DNA from: an uncultured Gemmatimonadaceae bacterium
Lineage (GTDB): Bacteria; Gemmatimonadota; Gemmatimonadetes; Gemmatimonadales; Gemmatimonadaceae
Length of the DNA: 64,000 nt
Direction of reading: 5' to 3'
Assembly: GCA_963751275.1 (NCBI GenBank)
Contig: CAVVTZ010000009.1
Location: 640,001 to 704,000 of the forward strand
Below, in pieces: positions 13,182 through 23,809 of the stretch. Position 1 is the stretch's first letter; each line of letters opens with the position of its first letter. Position numbers and translations under genes: made by a program. The notes under the pieces are model-generated. The model made no database searches. It was not told the origin of the DNA and saw only the letters and a list, made by a program, of their open reading frames with translations.

Positions 13182-15144
13182 ATGATCGACAAGCCACCGC
13201 CGCGCGCGCTGGGCCGCGTCGCCGCCACCGAGCGGAATCCCAACACGCCGCACCAGTTCCATTTCTGGACCGCGGTGGACGCCGCCGTGGGCATCGGCAC
13301 GATCGTGCGCGTGGACGGCGCGCGTCCGGTGGACGGGCAGCTGCCGCGCGTGTACGGCATGGTGGTGGAGGGTTTCGGCTACACCGACCTGCAGTCGCCG
13401 CTGCACGACGTGCTCGGCCACGATGGCGATCCGGCGAGCGCGGGCTTCGCGCCCACCGAGCGCGCGGAGGTGCGCGTGTACACGGCGGCCGTGCTGCGCC
13501 AGATCCCCGAGGAGCCGATGCAGCCGGTGCCGATGGGCGATGTGTACCTCGCCGATCATGCCGATGTCGCGATCGCGCTGCGCATGGACGGCTACCTGAA
13601 GGAGGGCGCGCGCACGGCGATCCCGATCGGCCTCTACCGCGCCGGTGCGATGGATGCACCGGTGTATCTCGACGCCGATTTCCTGATCGGGCCCGAGGCG
13701 GCGCACCTGAACATCACCGGCGTGTCGGGGCTCGCGACGAAGACGAGCGCGGTGGAATTCCTGCTGCAGTCGCTCTTCACGCATTTCCCGGAGCAGAAGG
13801 GCTCGATCGCGGCGGTGTGCTTCAACGTGAAGGGTCCCGATCTCTGCTTCCTCGACCAGCCCGGCGAGATCACCGACGAGGACCGCGCGCTGTACGAGGC
13901 GCTCGATGTGCCGGCCGAGCCCTTTCGCGACGTGGAGTATTACGCGCCCTTCAAGCCCGACCTGCTCACCATCCGCACGCTGCGCTCGAACGAGGCGCTC
14001 GCGGCGAACGTCCAGCCGCTCACGTGGGGACTGCGGCGAGGTGCTGCAGTACGCCGAGGTGCTGCTGAACAAGGACGACGTGGACGCGAAGGCCGACGCG
14101 CTGATCGACTTCATTCGCGAGCGCGTGCTGGGGCGCGAGTTCGAGGATCCGCAGCTGAAGAAGAAGCACAGCGTGAAGAGCTTTGCCGATCTCGAGGCGT
14201 GGTTCATCGACGTGCTGCGCTCGCTCGAGGAGCGGGGCGGGGAAGTGTGGCGCACGCATCACGTGGCCACCGTGCGAAAGGTGCGCAACCGGCTCTCGAA
14301 CATCGCCACGCGCTGCGCGGGGTTGGTGACGAGCGATGGCGCGACGAGCGATCTGCCGTTCGGCGAGTTCCGCGACCGTGCGGTGTACGTGGTGGACGTG
14401 GCGCTGCTGGAAGAGGACGCGCAGGACCTCATCTTCGCGCGCGTGGTGAGCACGCTGCGCGAGCATCTCGAGCGGCGCGACCTGGGCGTGAGCCACGTCG
14501 TGGTGTTCGTGGACGAGCTGAACAAGTACGCGGCGTCGGACGGGCCGGACACGTACGTGCGGCGCATGCTGCTCGACATCTCCGAGCGCGGGCGGTATCT
14601 GGGGCTCGTGCTCTTCGGCGCGCAGCAGTTCCGCTCGCAGGTGCACCGCCGTGTGGCGGGGAACGCGGGCACCGCGCTGTACGGGCGCATGGACTCCGAT
14701 GAGCTGGCGACGCCGGGCTACGCGGTGCTGAGCGCGGCGATCCGCACCAAGCTCGCGACGCTGTCGAAGGGGCAGCTCATGGTGCGGCATCCGCACTTCA
14801 CGCAGCCGGTGTTCGTGCGCTTCCCGCGGCCGGCGGTGATGCGCGGGCGCGACGGCGCGGAGCGGTATCCGCCGGCGATCGATGTGCCCTTCGACCAGGC
14901 GGTGCTGCGCAACCTGCGCACGCTCGACCGCTCGCTCACGCTCGCGGCGGTGCAGGAGTACGTCGCGATGTACCCGGAGGAGCAGGTGATGCGCGCGATG
15001 CACGCGACGCTGCGCGCGCGGCCGGAGAAGGTGGAGGCGTACTTCCGGTCGCAGTTCCGCGCGCTGATCCCGTCGCAGCGGCCGGCGCCGCCGCCGGCGA
15101 CGCCGATCGTCACGCTGCCGAAGGATGATCCGTATGCGTTCTGA
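13182..15144 (+). CDS. herA: HerA-family ATPase/helicase (frameshift near 14035)
   Basis: N-terminal HAS-barrel-like segment (LGRVAATE...FHFW...GIGTIVRV), variant Walker A HLNITGVSGLATKTS, FNVKGPDL, Walker B VVFVDELNKY, ERGRYLGLVLFGAQQ. Confidence 0.82.
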
Positions 15145-15976
15145 CCGGCTCGCGCTGATGGCGCTCGTGGCGTCGCTCGGCGTCGCCACCGGCGCACGGG
15201 CTCAGGTCGCGGTGCCGCTGCGCATCGATCCGCGCGTGGGCGACACGCTGCGCACGCGCTTCGAGCAGGACATGGACATGACCGCCACCACCAAGGTGCG
15301 CGGCAAGGACACGACGCTCGTGACGCGCACGAGCACACTCGTGATCGCGCGGCTGATCGTGCTGCGCAGCGACAGCAACGGCGCCACGCTCGAGGCGATC
15401 ACCGACTCCGTGGCGGTGCTCACCGTCGGCGAGCAGGCGATCACGCCGAGCGAGGGCGCGCGCCGCGCGATGCAGAAGCGGCGCATCACGCTGTACATCA
15501 AACCCAATGGCGCGGTGCGCTTGCAGGCGCCCACCGACCTCGATCGCGACCTCGGCGCGCTCGTCGGCACGATGCCGGCCACGCTGCCCGCGCTGGCGCA
15601 GCGCGTGGGCGCGACATGGGAGAGCGCGGTGGCCGTACCGGTGGGCGGCGATGCCAGCGAGGGGCACGGCGCGAAGCTGCGCGCCGTGTACACCTTCGAT
15701 TCATCCACCGCCGCGCCCGCGCAGGATTTCATCTCCGTGCGCGGCGTGATCGCGCGCGATTCCACGGGCGGCGCGCTGCGCGATGGCACGGGCATGACGT
15801 CGGCCGGCACGATGACCGGGGCCGTCGTCCTCGACCGCGCGCGCGGCTGGTGGGACGATTCCAAGATCGTGATCACGATCAATTCCGTGATCACCCCCTC
15901 CGCCGCGGCCGGCGGCCCACCGGTGCATGTTCGCACCCGCATCACGGAGCGGGTGCACACCGACTCTCTTAATTGA
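15134..15976 (+). CDS. Hypothetical secreted beta-rich protein
   Basis: Signal peptide MRSDRLALMALVASLGVATGARA-Q; overlaps the herA stop; LP...VGATW motif. Confidence 0.7.
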   Translation: MRSDRLALMALVASLGVATGARAQVAVPLRIDPRVGDTLRTRFEQDMDMTATTKVRGKDTTLVTRTSTLVIARLIVLRSDSNGATLEAITDSVAVLTVGEQAITPSEGARRAMQKRRITLYIKPNGAVRLQAPTDLDRDLGALVGTMPATLPALAQRVGATWESAVAVPVGGDASEGHGAKLRAVYTFDSSTAAPAQDFISVRGVIARDSTGGALRDGTGMTSAGTMTGAVVLDRARGWWDDSKIVITINSVITPSAAAGGPPVHVRTRITERVHTDSLN

Positions 15977-15978
15977 AG

Positions 15979-16133
15979 GGCGCGTGTGGGCGCTAGTAGA
16001 TCTTGAGAAGCGCGTCTGGGAGGCATCGTGTAGTACGGCAGGGCGGGAGTAGCTGCCGCCGCCACTCCCGCCCTGCCGTACTACACGCTGCCTCCTAGAC
16101 GCGCCGTTCGAGCGGTACTAGGCCCCACACGCG
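15979..16133. repeat. Inverted-repeat element, family A copy 3 (arms 15979-16050 and 16064-16133)
   Basis: Homologous to copies 1 and 2; 13-bp spacer. Confidence 0.9.
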
Positions 16134-16176
16134 TAGTTGGTGGCGCCATAGTCGCGCCACCGCGCTACATTAGAGC

Positions 16177-17380
16177 GTGCGGCTCGTACACCTCGCTGAC
16201 CTCCATTTGGGCTTCCGCCAGTATCACCGGCTGACGCCCACCGGGATCAACCAGCGCGAAGCGGACGTCGCGAACGCGTTCCGCCGCGCGGTGGATCGCG
16301 TCATCGCCTTGCGCCCGGACATCGTGGTCATCGCCGGCGACGTGTTCCATACGGTGCGCCCAATGAACCCCGCGATCATCCACGCCTTCCAGCAGTTCTC
16401 GCGGCTGAAGGCGGCGCTCCCCGACGCGGTGATGGTCATGGTGGCCGGCAACCACGACCGACCGCGTAGCGCCGAGACCGGATGCATCCTGCGCCTCTTC
16501 GCGCCGCTCGGCTACCACGTGGCGGACGAGAAGGCGGAGCGCTTCTCCTTCCCGGACCGGGACCTCTCGATCCTCGCCGTGCCCGATCTCACCGGGCCGC
16601 GCCCGGAGATCGCGCCGGAGCCGGGGGTGAAGCACAACGTGCTCGTGCTCCACGGCGAGGTGGAAGGGATGCTCCCCGAGCACATGGCGCGCGTGGACCG
16701 CGCCGTGATGGAGATCCCGCAATCCGAGATCGGCCCCGAGCGGTGGAGCTACGTGGCGCTCGGCCATTATCACGTGCAGCGCGAGATCCAGCCCAACTGC
16801 TACTACTCGGGTTCGCTCGAGTACACGAGCGCGAATCCGTGGGGCGAGCTGGTGGAGGAGCGTGAGGCCGATCTCGCCGGCAAGAGCTTCATCGAGTACG
16901 ACCTCGATGCGCACGCGCCGCGATTCCACGCGCTCGAGGTGAGCCGGCCGCTCGTGAACCTGCTCGCGGTGTCGGCGCGCGGGATGTCGGCGGCCGAGCT
17001 GGATGTGGCGATCAAGGAGCGCGTGGACACGACGCCCGGCGGCATCGACGACAAGATCGTGCGCCTCGTGGTGCGCGACGTGCCGCGGCACATCGTGCGC
17101 GAGCTGGACCAGAAGGCGCTGCGCGAGTACAAGCGGCGCGCGCTGCATTTCCATCTCGACACGCGGCGGCCGGAGATCGCGCGCGTGTCGTCGAGCGGCG
17201 CGCCGGGCCGCCGTGCCACGCTGCCCGAGACGGTCGAGAATTATCTCGCGAAGCGGCCGATGGAATCGGGGATCGACCGTGCCGCCATCGTCGCGCTGGG
17301 ATTGCATTATCTGCAGGAGGCCGACGCCGCGATCCAGGCGGCGGGCGTGCACGCCCGGGGCGGAGGGCGCAGCCGGATGA
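16177..17380 (+). CDS. sbcD: Mre11/SbcD family DNA repair exonuclease (metallophosphoesterase)
   Basis: HLADLHLG, IAGDVFH, AGNHD, VLHG, YVALGHYH, YSGSLE. The 3' end is inferred at TGA 17378-17380 (ATGA overlap), assuming an indel near 17345. Confidence 0.9.
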
Positions 17381-19845
17381 GACTGAACTCGCTCGTCCTC
17401 CAGAATTTCCGCCAGCACGCCGACACGAAGCTCACCTTCGACAGCGGGCTCACCGGGATCATCGGCCCCAACGGGTCGGGGAAGACGACGATCCTCGAGG
17501 CGATCGCGTGGGCGATCTACGGCAATGCCGCCGCGCGCGGCACGCGCGAGACGATCCGCTTCAATCGCGCCGGCGCCCGCGCGAGCGTGCGCGTGGAGCT
17601 CGACTTCGATCTCGCGGGGCATCGGTATCGCGTGGTGCGCGGGCTCACGAACGCCGAGCTCTTCCTGGATGGTGCGCCGGCGCCGATCGCCGACTCGGTG
17701 AGCGGAGTATCCGATCTGCTCACGCGCCGCCTCGGCATGACGCGCGAGGAATTCTTCAACACGTACTTCACGGGGCAGAAGGAACTCTCCGTCATGGCGG
17801 CGATGGGGCCGTCGGAGCGCGGACAGTTCCTCTCCCACGTGCTCGGCTACGAGCGGCTGCGCTCGGCGCAGGACATCCTGCGCGAGAAGCGGCGGTCGAT
17901 CGTCTCCGAGCTGGCGGGGTTGCGGCAGGGGATGTCGGATCCCGACGCGGTGATGCGCCAGCTCGCGGAGGCGGAGCGGCGGCTCGCCGATTCGAGGGAG
18001 CGCGCGCGGACGGCGCGCGCGGGACATGCGGAGGCCGCGGCGCTGGTGGCGCAGCTGCGGCCGCGCTGGGATCAGATGCAGGCGGAGCGCGAGCAGCTGC
18101 AGGCGGTGCTCTCGGAATTGCGCGTGGCGGAGGGAGAAGCCAGTGCGTTGCAGCGCGATGACGACCGGATCGCGCGCGACGTCGCGGAGACGGCGCTCGC
18201 GCGCGCGGAGCGGGAGGCGCTCGTGCGCGAGCTGGAAGGTTATCCGGCCCTCCATCTCGAGTTCCAGAAGCTCGAGACGCTCGCGCGCGACGAGGGACGG
18301 CGGCTCACGCTGCTCGAGACGCGCGCGGCGCTCACCGAGGAGATCGTGCGGCTGCGCGAGCGGCAGGCGAAGCTCGAGACGGCGCCCAAGCTCGAGGAGG
18401 AGAACGCCGGCATCCTCGAAGAGAAGCAGGAAGCGCTGGTGGACGTGGACGGAAAGCTCGAAGCGCGGCGCACCGAGTGGGTTCGCGACAAGCAGGAGGC
18501 CGAAACGAAACGCGAGGCGCTGCGCACGCAGTACGCCGAGCTGAAGCAGCAGCGGGACCGGCTGGAGGCGGCGGGGGAAATGGGCGCGTGCCCCACGTGC
18601 GCGCGGCCGCTGGCGGGGAATCTCCGCTCGGTGCTCGATCTGCTCGATGGGCAAATAGAAACGGTTCGCGTGGACGGTTTGTATTACAAGGGCCGCCTCG
18701 AGCAGCTGCTCACCATGCCCGAGGATGTGAAGGCGCTGGACGAGCAGCGCCGCGCGCTGTTCGCGGAGGTGGGGCAGGTGGAGCGCCGTCTGGTGAAGGT
18801 GCAGCTCGCGGTGCAGGAATTGTCGCAGATCGGCGGCGACCTCGCGGCGAAGGCGGAGCGCGACGCGCAGCTGGCGCGCGAGCTCGAGTCCGTGCCTGCG
18901 GGCTACGATGCCGCGCGGCACGTGGTGGTGCGGCAGGAACTGGACCGTCTCATGCCGCTCGACGCGCGCGCCACGCGGCTCTCGGCGCAGATCGAGCGCG
19001 AGAGTGCGCTCGCGCGGGAGCAGGCGCAGCTGCGCGAGCAGATCGCCGGGCTCACGGCGCGGCTCACGGCGCTGCGCGCGCGGCGCGATGCCGTCACCGT
19101 GCCCGAGGCGGAGTTCAACGCCAAGCGCGCGGAGTTCGAGCGCGCGAGCACGGAGATGCGGGCGGTGGAGCTGACCGTGGTGCAGGCCGAGAGCGACGCG
19201 CAGAACGCGGCGAGTGCGCTCGAGGTGGCGGAGCGCTCGGCGCGCGATCTGGCCGACCGCCAGCGGCTGCTGGGCGACCTGAACACGCAGAAGCGGCTCC
19301 ACGATGAGCTCGATCGCGCGTACACCGATCTGCGCACCGATCTCAACTTCCAGCTGCGGCCGGAACTCTCCGAGATCGCGAGCGCGTTCCTGTCGGACCT
19401 CACCGATGGGCGGTATGGCGAGCTGGAGCTGGATGACAATTACGACATCCGCGTGCTGGAAGACGGCGTGCCGAAGCCGGTGATCTCCGGCGGCGAGGAG
19501 GATCTCGCGAATCTCGTGCTGCGGCTCGCGATCTCGCAGATGATCGCCGAGCGCGCGGGGCAGCCGTTCGCGCTGCTGGTGCTCGATGAGATCTTCGGTT
19601 CGCTCGACGAGCTGCACCGCGAGAGCGTGCTCGATCTGCTGCGCCGCCTGCAGGACCGCTTCGAGCAGGTGATCCTGATCACGCACATCGAGAGCGTGCG
19701 CGACATGCTCGACCACGTCGTGATGGTGCGGTTCAACGAGGAGACGGGCGCGAGCGTGGTGACGCAGGAGAACGGCATCCCGCTGCCGCCGGCGGAAGGG
19801 GGAGCGGATGCGGCGGTGCCACTCGTGCTCGTGAAGGCCAGCTGA
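17377..19845 (+). CDS. sbcC: Rad50/SbcC SMC-like ATPase
   Basis: MRLNSLVLQNFRQH, Walker A GPNGSGKTT, long coiled coil with central zinc hook CPTC, signature ISGGE, Walker B/D-loop LVLDEIFGSLD, ILITH; GGAGGG RBS. Confidence 0.92.
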   Translation: MRLNSLVLQNFRQHADTKLTFDSGLTGIIGPNGSGKTTILEAIAWAIYGNAAARGTRETIRFNRAGARASVRVELDFDLAGHRYRVVRGLTNAELFLDGAPAPIADSVSGVSDLLTRRLGMTREEFFNTYFTGQKELSVMAAMGPSERGQFLSHVLGYERLRSAQDILREKRRSIVSELAGLRQGMSDPDAVMRQLAEAERRLADSRERARTARAGHAEAAALVAQLRPRWDQMQAEREQLQAVLSELRVAEGEASALQRDDDRIARDVAETALARAEREALVRELEGYPALHLEFQKLETLARDEGRRLTLLETRAALTEEIVRLRERQAKLETAPKLEEENAGILEEKQEALVDVDGKLEARRTEWVRDKQEAETKREALRTQYAELKQQRDRLEAAGEMGACPTCARPLAGNLRSVLDLLDGQIETVRVDGLYYKGRLEQLLTMPEDVKALDEQRRALFAEVGQVERRLVKVQLAVQELSQIGGDLAAKAERDAQLARELESVPAGYDAARHVVVRQELDRLMPLDARATRLSAQIERESALAREQAQLREQIAGLTARLTALRARRDAVTVPEAEFNAKRAEFERASTEMRAVELTVVQAESDAQNAASALEVAERSARDLADRQRLLGDLNTQKRLHDELDRAYTDLRTDLNFQLRPELSEIASAFLSDLTDGRYGELELDDNYDIRVLEDGVPKPVISGGEEDLANLVLRLAISQMIAERAGQPFALLVLDEIFGSLDELHRESVLDLLRRLQDRFEQVILITHIESVRDMLDHVVMVRFNEETGASVVTQENGIPLPPAEGGADAAVPLVLVKAS

Positions 19846-20817
19846 TGGCGGTCGCGCACACACCGCGCTCGCCGCGGCCCACCGGTCCGTATGCCGCGCG
19901 CGCGGAGGATGCGGCGGCGCTGAACCAGGTGTTCAGCGACGCGTTCACCGAGCGCTACCGGCGCGACGGCCTCGTGGGCGTGCGCGTGCCCTTCCTGAAT
20001 CCCGCGATCTGGCGTTTCGCGATCGAGGACGCGGCGGGGGGCGCGCAGATCTGGCGCGACGAGCGTGGCGACATCGCGGCGTTCAACATCGCGCACGCGT
20101 CGGGCGCGGAGGGGTGGATGGGTCCGCTCGCGGTGCGCCCGGACCTGCAGAGCGCGGGGATCGGGAAGCTGGTGGTGACGTCGGCGAGCGATTGGCTCGT
20201 CAAGGCGGGTTGTCGCACGATCGGCCTCGAGACGATGCCGCGCACGATGGACAACATCGGATTCTACTCGTCGATGGGATATCTGCCGGGGAATCTCACG
20301 ATCACCGTGACCGTGGACGCGGGTCCGGCGGCGCGGCCGCCGGCGCTGCTGAGCCGGCTGAGTGCGCGCGCGCAGGACGACGCGGTGACCGAGTGCCTCG
20401 CGCTCACGCAGAGTCTCATTCCCGGCTGGGATTTCTCGCGCGAGATCCGGTTGACGCAGCAGCTCGGCGCTGGGCGAGACCGTGCTGTTCCGTGATGGCG
20501 ACCGGCTCGTGGGATTCGCGCTGTCACACACTGCGCCACTCGTCGAGGGACGCGCGCTCGATGAAATGCGCGTATTGAAGTTGGTGCTCGAGAGCGAGAC
20601 GCTGATCCCCGCGGCGCTCTCCGCGCTCGCGGAACTCGCGCGCCGCCATCACGCGCGCCGCGTCGCGATCCGCGCGCAGACGGATTATGTGGGCGCCTAC
20701 CGCCGAATCATCGAAGCCGGCGGGCGAGTGCGTTGGACCGATCTGCGCATGACCCTCGGCGGCTACGCGGAGCCGCGCGCCGCGAGCGGACTGATCTGGA
20801 GCAATTGGGAGATTTGA
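19845..20817 (+). CDS. GNAT family N-acetyltransferase, probably tandem GNAT (frameshift near 20470)
   Basis: GPLAVRPDLQSAGIGK (motif A), NIGFYSSMGY; TGATG overlap with sbcC; second half ...LVGFAL...RVLKL...RWTDLRM. Confidence 0.8.
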
Positions 20818-20905
20818 CCCGATGAAATCCAGTGCCAGGGCACTGCGTTTCGTTCTACAAGACGCGAGCGAGCGTCGCCCTCGACACGGGCGTCAGGTTG
20901 GTAGT

Positions 20906-21638
20906 ATGAGAGAAGAGCATGTCGAAACGCTCGCAGAGTTCATTTCGAAGGCTCTCGAGATCGGAAAGGCGCTGACTACGGCTGGTGGCGCGGACATGCC
21001 GGCGCGGAGTGGAAGCTTCAGCCCTCGGCGTTTCGTGGCAAGCCGAATCGCGTCAAGCAGACACATCAAGTTCTGCACTTCATTCGAAAAGCGAAGGCCC
21101 GTCAGCCGGGCCTCAGTGTCAGGGACGACCTCGGGGGGTGGCTCCAGCTTGCCAACACTACGGCCTTCCTACCCGCCTTTTAGACTGGACTCAGTCTCCA
21201 CTTATTGCACTGTGGTTTGCCCTTGAAGAGAAGCGCAATTCACCAGCGGCGATCTGGGCGCTTGATCCCTACGCCCTCAATGGGCAGCAGGATAAGAAGC
21301 AGAAGTCCATGATCTACAATATTTCAAGTGATGAGATGGAGTCACTTCTCGCGCCTGGCTTCTCGCCTGACGCCAAACAACCCAAGAAGATTCTCGCAGT
21401 CTTTGGCAATGAAAGCGACTTACGCATGATGGTTCAGCTTTCGACGTTCACAATTCACGGCGTTGAACTGCCGCTTGAAGAGTTCTCTCACGCGCAGTCC
21501 AGCCTTGCAAGAATCACCGTCGCGGCAAGAAGCCGAGACAAAATTAGAAGAGAGCTTCGCTTGCTCGGTCTTCGTCGCTCGACTCTCTTTCCAGATCTCG
21601 CCAATCTCGCGACGGATCTGTCGGAATTTGCAGATTAA
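20906..21638 (+). CDS. FRG domain protein, lower GC than flanks (two frameshifts, near 20970 and 21152)
   Basis: WWRGHAGAEWKLQPSAFR and QHYGLPTRLLDWTQSPLIALWFA are FRG domain signatures; RMMVQLSTFTI and LFPDL also fit. Confidence 0.85.
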
Positions 21639-21755
21639 TCACCGCCGGGCGTCGTTGGTGCGGGCGAGGATGGTCAGAGGCACTTTTCTGCGCAGCGAAT
21701 CCGTTATGAGGCCATGCTCAAGGGGGATGGGTGACGAGAGAGCGCTTACGCTCAG

Positions 21756-23805
21756 TCACTCACCGGCGGCGCAGCTCGGCTTCGCCGGCGCCGCCGGCTT
21801 GATGAACTTGTCGCACCACGCCACGAACCGCACGAGATAATCTTCGCGGAAACTCGGCACGGTGAGACCGTGGTACTGTCCCGGATACACGACGAGCTCC
21901 GTCGGCACGCCCGTTGTTCGCAGCGCCTCGTACATCTGTTCGCCGCCGACCAACGGCACGTTCGCGTCGAGCTGGCCGCCTAGGAACAAGCGTTGGCGTC
22001 TTGATCTTGTCGGCGTGGAAGAATGGATACGACACCTTCATCCACGCGTCCTGCGCCTTCCACGGTGCGCCGAGTTCGAGCTCGTACTGCACGACGTACT
22101 CGTCCACGCCGAACATGGAGAGCTGGTTCGCGCTGCCGGCGCCGCTCACGGCCGCCTTGAAGCGCGTCGTCGTCGCGATCGAATAGTCGGTGAGGATGCC
22201 GCCGTAGCTCCAGCCGCCGATCGCGAGCTTGGTGGAATCGGCGATGCCGCTGCGCACGGCCTCGTCCACGGCGCCCATGAGGTCGAGCACTTCCTTGTGC
22301 CCCCAGTCGGCGAAGATCGCCTTCTGGTACGCGGCGCCGCGCCCCGAGCTGCCGCGATAGTTCACGGAGAGCACGGCGTAGCCGTTCGCGGCGAACCACT
22401 GTCGCGCGAAGTTGAAGCCGTAGTTGTCCTGGCCGTTGGGACCGCCGTGGATGTACAGGATCATCGGCGTGCGCGCGCCCGCGGCCGCGTTCAACGGCCG
22501 CATGAGGATGCTGTGCACCTCGGTGCCATCCGAACTCTTGGACGTCTGGTCGCCCACCGGCGCGAGCTGCAGCGTCGCGAAGAGGGAATCGTTCTGGCGC
22601 GAGAGCGGCCGTACGTTCATGCCTTCGAGCGCGAACACTTCGTTGGGGCGGTCGGGCGTCGACACGAGCACGGCGACCCGCGACTGCGCCGAGCGCGGCG
22701 CGGAGAAACCGCTCATGACGCGCCGTCCGCCGGCGATGACCGTGGTCTTCCCGTCGGCGATGTTCACACGCACCAGGCTCTCGGTGCGATCATCGGACAT
22801 GAGCGCGAGCACGCTGGCACCGTCGGCGGTGAACACCGGCTCGGAGAGCGGGCGGTCGAGCGCCGTGGTGAGCACGCGCGGCGGCGCGCTGCCATCGCTC
22901 TTCACGACGGCGAGCTTCTCGAGCTGGTACGCGTACCACTTGGGCTCGTCGGTGCGCAGGAAGGCGATCCAGGCGCCGTCGGGACTCCACGCCGGCGGCC
23001 CGCGATCGGGGCCCGGCAGATTCGTGAGCTGCACCAGCGCGCGCGACGCGACGTTGAGCACGAACACATCGGATCCTTCGCCGCTGCCCGGCTCCGGCGC
23101 GGGCGAGCGGATGAAGGCGATGCGCTTTCCGTCGGGACTCCAGCGCGGCTCATCGTCGTCATCCAGCCCGCTCGTGAGCGTGTCGAGCTTTTTCGACGTC
23201 ACGTCGATGAGCAGGATGTGGCTGCGCGCCGGCGTCAGATAGCCCTCGACGTCGCGCTTGAACGCATAGCGCGTGATCTCGATCGGCTTCTTCTTCGTGG
23301 TGTCGCTCTTCGCCGTGTCGGGGTTGATGTCGGCAATGAGCGCGAGCTGCCGCCCGTCGGGCGACCACTCCATCGCCGACACGCCGTCCTTGATCATCGT
23401 GAGCCGCTGTGCTTCGCCGCCTTGGCGGTCGAGCAGCCAGACTTGTGCGCCCTTGCCGTCCTGCCGCCCGGAAAGGAACGCGAGATAGCGCCCGTCGGGG
23501 CTCCACCGCGGCGTGGTCTCGCGCTCCGGAGAGTTGGTGAGCTGGATCGAGTGCGTGCCTTCCCAATTCGTCATCCAGACATCGGCGTCGCTCTTGTCCT
23601 TCGCGCTGTCGATGCTCGTCACGGTGTACGCGACCCAGCTCCCGTCAGGTGAGACCTGCGGATCGCTCACCGTCTTGATCTTGAGGAGGTCGCTCGCGCG
23701 CACCGGGCGCGGCGTGACCGGCGCGGCCTTCGCATTCTGTGCCGCGGCGGGGAGTGCGAGCGAGAGCGCTAGCCCAAGCAGGGTTTGGCGGACCGACACG
23801 ATCAT
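21756..23805 (-). CDS. S9 family peptidase (acylaminoacyl-peptidase-like) with PD40 propeller (frameshift near 21985)
   Basis: Signal peptide, repeated WSPDG, IHGGP, NYRGSSG, GGWSYGG (Ser), D.NVP and YPGQYHG. Confidence 0.92.
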
Positions 23806-23809
23806 GGGA

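Noticed and set aside
16177..19845. Apparent 1222-aa SbcD-SbcC (Mre11-Rad50) fusion
   Set aside because: The junction has a GGAGGG RBS and an ATGA start/stop overlap at 17377-17380 with a typical SbcC N-terminus. One indel near 17345 explains the read-through in this error-rich sequence. Raw reads should confirm.
16165..19863. 1232-aa antisense ORF and other long shadow ORFs (e.g. 3242-4801, 28202-30469, 34506-35975)
   Set aside because: These are Arg/His/Ala-rich mirror frames of real genes, expected at this GC content.
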